A stretch of 64,000 nt of DNA from an uncultured Planctomycetaceae bacterium (GTDB lineage Bacteria; Planctomycetota; Planctomycetia; Isosphaerales; Isosphaeraceae). The stretch's first letter is position 1. The number at the start of each line of letters is the position of its first letter. Below, piece by piece: positions 58,951-64,000 of this stretch. The stretch is taken from positions 2,272,001 to 2,336,000 of the forward strand of contig CAWIAD010000002.1 of assembly GCA_963833985.1 (NCBI GenBank), in the 5' to 3' direction. A model generated the notes under the pieces. That model was given only the letters and a program-made list of their open reading frames with translations. It had not been told where the DNA came from and ran no database searches. Position numbers and translations under genes: made by a program.

Positions 58951-59187
58951 CTACGGTCGTCCAGAACTCTTGGGCATCGTCTCGATCAGGGCCCGGAGCA
59001 GGCTGTTGACCGACTCCGCGGTGGTGAACACCTTGCTCACATCCGGGTCAAGGGCCACCACCAGCCGATCTCGATCGCTCGGGCTCGCAAACCGATTCGG
59101 CCGGGCTTGCGTGTAGTCAAACGCATACTCGGAACGAAGCTCGTCCGATGGCTCCAGCGGGCGGTCACCCACCTTGGTCTTCTTCAT
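58951..59187 (-). CDS. BrnA-like antitoxin, inside the 16S-23S spacer
   Basis: DELRSEYAFDY..ARPNRFA...VALDPDV..F...VN..LRALI. Overlaps the toxin 3' end by 23 nt. Confidence 0.8.
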   Translation of the reverse strand: MKKTKVGDRPLEPSDELRSEYAFDYTQARPNRFASPSDRDRLVVALDPDVSKVFTTAESVNSLLRALIETMPKSSGRP

Positions 59188-59455
59188 GGGCTGTACGTTC
59201 TTTCCGCGTCGCCGGCCGGGCACTGATGATCCGCACGAGGCCGGGGCCTCGCTCGGTAAAGTTCACGAGCAGCAGCCGGCGGAGAATCGAGTGGCCCACA
59301 AGGATCTCGCGCGTCTCCTCGATCGAATGGTCCTCATCATAAAAGATCCTGGCCAGCGGATCATCGAAGACGGTGGACGCCTCGTCGAAACCGACTCCAT
59401 GCCTGGTCAGGTTGGAGGCGGCCTTGACGGGGTCCCACTCGAATTTCAGAGCCAT
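59165..59455 (-). CDS. brnT: BrnT-family ribonuclease toxin, inside the 16S-23S spacer
   Basis: FEWD..KA..N..RHG..F.EA..VF.DP, HS..E.R..G and RIISAR.AT..ER motifs. Confidence 0.9.
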   Translation of the reverse strand: MALKFEWDPVKAASNLTRHGVGFDEASTVFDDPLARIFYDEDHSIEETREILVGHSILRRLLLVNFTERGPGLVRIISARPATRKERTAHEEDQGG

Positions 59456-59628
59456 CACGAAACGTCACAAGCCAACTGTGGTGCAAACCCCCAAGGGGAG
59501 CCGGCGGGCGTGCCGCGGGATCGAGGTCCGGGGATGGTGCCGACGTGGCCTTATCGAGTTCGGGAAGCGAAGCCTGGCGGCAACACTTCCTGGGTGAACT
59601 CTCAGGCCGGTTTTCCAAGGTTGTCCTT

Positions 59629-61141
<1,513 letters not shown>

Positions 61142-61471
61142 AATGATGTCAACCCGCTTCGCAGAGCCCGAGAGCCCCGGCCGCGGATCAACCCTCACCT
61201 CGAAAGGTTGAGGAAAAAAAACTGGTCGCATCAAGCCCCTGGCAAGGCGGTTTCACAACCGTTCTGCCGGGAACTTGCTGCCGGTCCTGTGCAGGCCATC
61301 CCACGGCAGCCCAGGCGCTTCGGACCACGAAGGCCGGGCCGCCCCGAGGCTGCGGCCGCACGCCGGCTCCCCTCAAGGGTTTCTCACCACAGAACGGATG
61401 AATCTCATCCATCGTGTGCTTGCAATTCTCTTGCGTTCTCGTTTTCTGGCTGACGAGTGCAATCAACCGGA

Positions 61472-61483
61472 TTGTCAAAGAGC
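61472..61483 (-). promoter_or_regulatory. Leader boxA-like element
   Basis: GCTCTTTGACAA, close to the boxA consensus TGCTCTTTAACAA. Confidence 0.7.
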
Positions 61484-61630
61484 CATGCCGGGTTCCGGCA
61501 ACCCAAGTGGTACGCCGCAACCGGCCGCGTTGTTCACCGAGTTCCGCCGATGCCATCGGCCGGTGCAAGCTGCCTGCTGGCATCTCGCCCCGGCCGTCGC
61601 TGGCTCACCCGTTTTCACGCGGTAAGGGAA

Positions 61631-61685
61631 ATCATAAATCACCCCGGGCCGAAGGTCAACGGCCTGGATGCTTTTTTTTAAAATC
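61631..61685 (-). promoter_or_regulatory. rRNA promoter
   Basis: TTGACC (61659-61654), a 17-nt spacer and TATGAT (61636-61631), with an upstream A-tract (UP-like element). Confidence 0.8.
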
Positions 61686-61845
61686 TTCGCGCCATCGACG
61701 TGTCTGGGTCCCGATCGCCGAGTCTCCCGTGCTTTCAACAGAGTCCTCCGCTCGTTTGCCGGCCGGCGGCCGCTTGACGATCGCATCAACCCGTACCTAC
61801 GATGCGCAGGCTGCTTGGTAAGGCGTTTGCCCGGGGAGGCAGCTC

Positions 61846-62888
61846 ATGTCGTGCAGGTGGCGGGCAATCGTTGCGGTCGGGTGCACGCTGGCCATGGCTG
61901 GTTGTGGGGGCGGCCGGTCGGAGCGTGGCAGCACCACGGCCCGATCGGCCGTGAAGCGCGTGCACCTGGTTGGGTTTGACGCCAGTGCTCCGGTGCTTGC
62001 GGCCTTGCGGGACGGATCCATTGACGGGGTCATCCTCCAGAACCCGGTGAAGATCGGCGAACTGGGTGTCCGGGCGCTGGTGGCGCATCTCGAGAGGCGT
62101 CCCGTGGAGTCGCGGATCACGACCGGGGAGACGCTCGTGACCTGGGAGAACATCGACCTGCCGGACACCCAGCCGCTCTTGAGCCAGCCCCCGGCCGAGG
62201 ATGATGCGGGGGGATCATCGGGTGGGAAGAAGAAATGGCGCGTCATGGTGATTCCGAAGGCAACGGCCACCGAGTACTGGGCGGCCATCCGCGCCGGGGC
62301 CAGAAAGGCGGAGCGCGAGCTGGAGAACGTCGAGGTGATCTGGCAGGGGCCCGACAAGGAAGACGACCGGGCCGAGCAGATCCAGATTGTGCAGAGTGCA
62401 CTCGCCGCGGGCGTGGACGGGATCGTGCTGGCACCGCTGGACCCGCGGCGCTGGCGCCGGCGGTGGACATGCTCGTTGCCAGGGGCATTCCCGTGGTCGT
62501 CATTGATTCCGGCCTGGATTCCCGCCGGCCGATCAGCGTGATCTCGACAGACAATTACCACGGTGGAGTGCTTGCGGCGCGCCAGCTCGGAGCATTGCTC
62601 GGGGGAGAGGGAAAGGTCATCCTGCTGCGGCACGCGGTAGGATCGGAGAGCACCGAGCGGCGCGAGAAGGGATTCATCGACACCCTTGCCAGCGACTTTC
62701 CCCGCATCACGCTCCTGTCCGAGTCCGAGTATGCCGGAGCGACCGAGGAGCAAGCCCAGCAAGCGGCCCGGACCCTGGTCTCGCGGTACGGCGGACAGTT
62801 GGACGGCGTGTTCTGCCCGAACGAGACGAGCACGCTGGGAATGATGCGCGCACTGCAAGAAGCCGGGTTGCTCCGGGCCCGGCGCTGA
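61846..62888 (+). CDS. RbsB/LacI-type sugar-binding lipoprotein, circularly permuted (frameshift near 62445)
   Basis: Lipobox MAGC, then VGFD..QNP..G..G, then IPKA..EYW, GIVLAP, VVIDS, TDNY.GG and F..NE.ST.G motifs. Confidence 0.8.
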
Positions 62889-63015
62889 GCTTCATGGTTC
62901 CGTGAGCCGACGGCGTGGCCCGGTTGGTTCATTTCCGGCCGCACGATGGTTGACACGGCCCGGCACGTGTCCGAGAGTGGTAGCTCCTGCGACAATGCGT
63001 TCGAGGAGCCAGCCA

Positions 63016-64000
63016 ATGCCGTCTTGGTTCATCGTTGCGGCCGGGACCGCACCCCTGATCTCGATGGGGACTCTCGATATCGTCATCATCGCGATTTATT
63101 TCGTGATGGTGCTGGGTATCGGCATCTATCTCAAGAGATACGTCAGCACGGGTGAAGACTTCTTCATGGCCGGGCGGAAGATGACCGCCTGGATCGCGGG
63201 GTTGAGCTTCATCTCGGCGAATCTGAGCTCGCTGGAGACCATGGGCTGGTCGGCCATGGCCTACCAGTACGGGATGCTGGGGGCACACGCCTACCTGATT
63301 GGCGCCATCCCGGCGATCCTCTTCCTCGCCATCGTGATGATGCCGTTTTATTATATATGCAAGACACACTCGGTGCCCGGTTACCTGAACCTGCGCTACG
63401 ATGTGCGCAGCAGCGCCCTGGCGGGATGTTCCTTCGCCATCCTGACGGTGCTGGTGAGCGGGGCGAGCATGTTCGCGATGGCGAAGATCTTGCACCTGCT
63501 GCTGGGCTGGAACATGGACGTGAGCATCTGGGTGGCCTCGCTCACCGTCGCGGTGTACGTGACGCTCGGGGGGCTGATCTCGGCGGTGTTCAATGAGGTG
63601 CTCCAGTACTTCCTGATCTGGTTTGGCTCGCTGCTGATCCCGATTCTGGGGCTCATCGACGCGGGCGGCTGGAACGGCATGCTCGAGAAGATCCGCCACA
63701 ATGTACCGGTGATCCACCCATCGGTAGGCGGAGCCAATTTCACCAGCCTGTGGCGCAACCTTGGTTCGTTCGACTCCAATCCCATGGGGATCGACTGGTT
63801 CGGCATGGTCTTCGGGCTTGGCCTGGCGGTGAGCTTTGGCTACTGGTGCACCGATTTCCTCCAGGTTCAGCGCGTCATCGTGGCCAAGGATCTTCGTGCC
63901 GCCCAGAACGGTACGATCATCGGCGCCGTGCTGAAGATGCTCGTGCCGATCATCGTGACGATTCCCGGCTTGCTGGGCCTGGCCGTCCTGGTGCGGGGCG
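63016..64000 (+). CDS. Sodium:solute symporter (SSS) family, partial (runs off the window)
   Basis: Manual translation gives DIVIIAIYF..GIG..DFFMAGRKM..WIAGLSFISAN, YLNLRY, YVTLGG and GYWCTDF..VQR. GAGGAG Shine-Dalgarno. Confidence 0.88.
   Translation, partial: MPSWFIVAAGTAPLISMGTLDIVIIAIYFVMVLGIGIYLKRYVSTGEDFFMAGRKMTAWIAGLSFISANLSSLETMGWSAMAYQYGMLGAHAYLIGAIPAILFLAIVMMPFYYICKTHSVPGYLNLRYDVRSSALAGCSFAILTVLVSGASMFAMAKILHLLLGWNMDVSIWVASLTVAVYVTLGGLISAVFNEVLQYFLIWFGSLLIPILGLIDAGGWNGMLEKIRHNVPVIHPSVGGANFTSLWRNLGSFDSNPMGIDWFGMVFGLGLAVSFGYWCTDFLQVQRVIVAKDLRAAQNGTIIGAVLKMLVPIIVTIPGLLGLAVLVRG

Overview
High-GC planctomycete chromosome segment. The 16S carries exact Pla46- and Pla886-type signatures, and the gene content is Isosphaeraceae-like. 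Many genes carry single indels, most likely long-read errors. Left part: phhB-like dehydratase, panB, a GT39/ArnT-like membrane glycosyltransferase, a CBS protein, malQ, an alpha/beta hydrolase and a GT4. Next is a ~17.6 kb minus-strand PUFA-synthase/olefin cluster (pfaD-pfaA-pfaBC-oleA-oleB). From ~25.2 to 36.6 kb lies an accessory/defence hotspot: an orphan XRE regulator, a GH172 gene plus a duplicated fragment of it, one probably intact and two decayed VapC-type TA modules, a Tat-exported flavin oxidase, a one-spacer type I-G-like CRISPR relic, and a lower-GC, translationally coupled HTH + 1030-aa N6-methyltransferase + PD-(D/E)xK-like operon. Then come palindromic/REP repeats, icd-aceK, a TolB-like amidohydrolase, a Ser/Thr kinase-ECF sigma pair, a methyltransferase, iscS-iscA, a 2-hydroxyacid dehydrogenase, a GH10-like protein, YraN and a Gfo/Idh/MocA oxidoreductase. 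A full minus-strand rRNA operon follows; its tRNA-less 16S-23S spacer contains an intact BrnT/BrnA-type toxin-antitoxin pair. The window ends with a circularly permuted sugar-binding lipoprotein and a partial sodium:solute symporter. The best candidates for undescribed biology are the TA module inside the rRNA spacer, the three-gene MTase/nuclease operon, the pfa-oleAB cluster and the permuted binding protein. All family calls come from motif recognition, not database searches.
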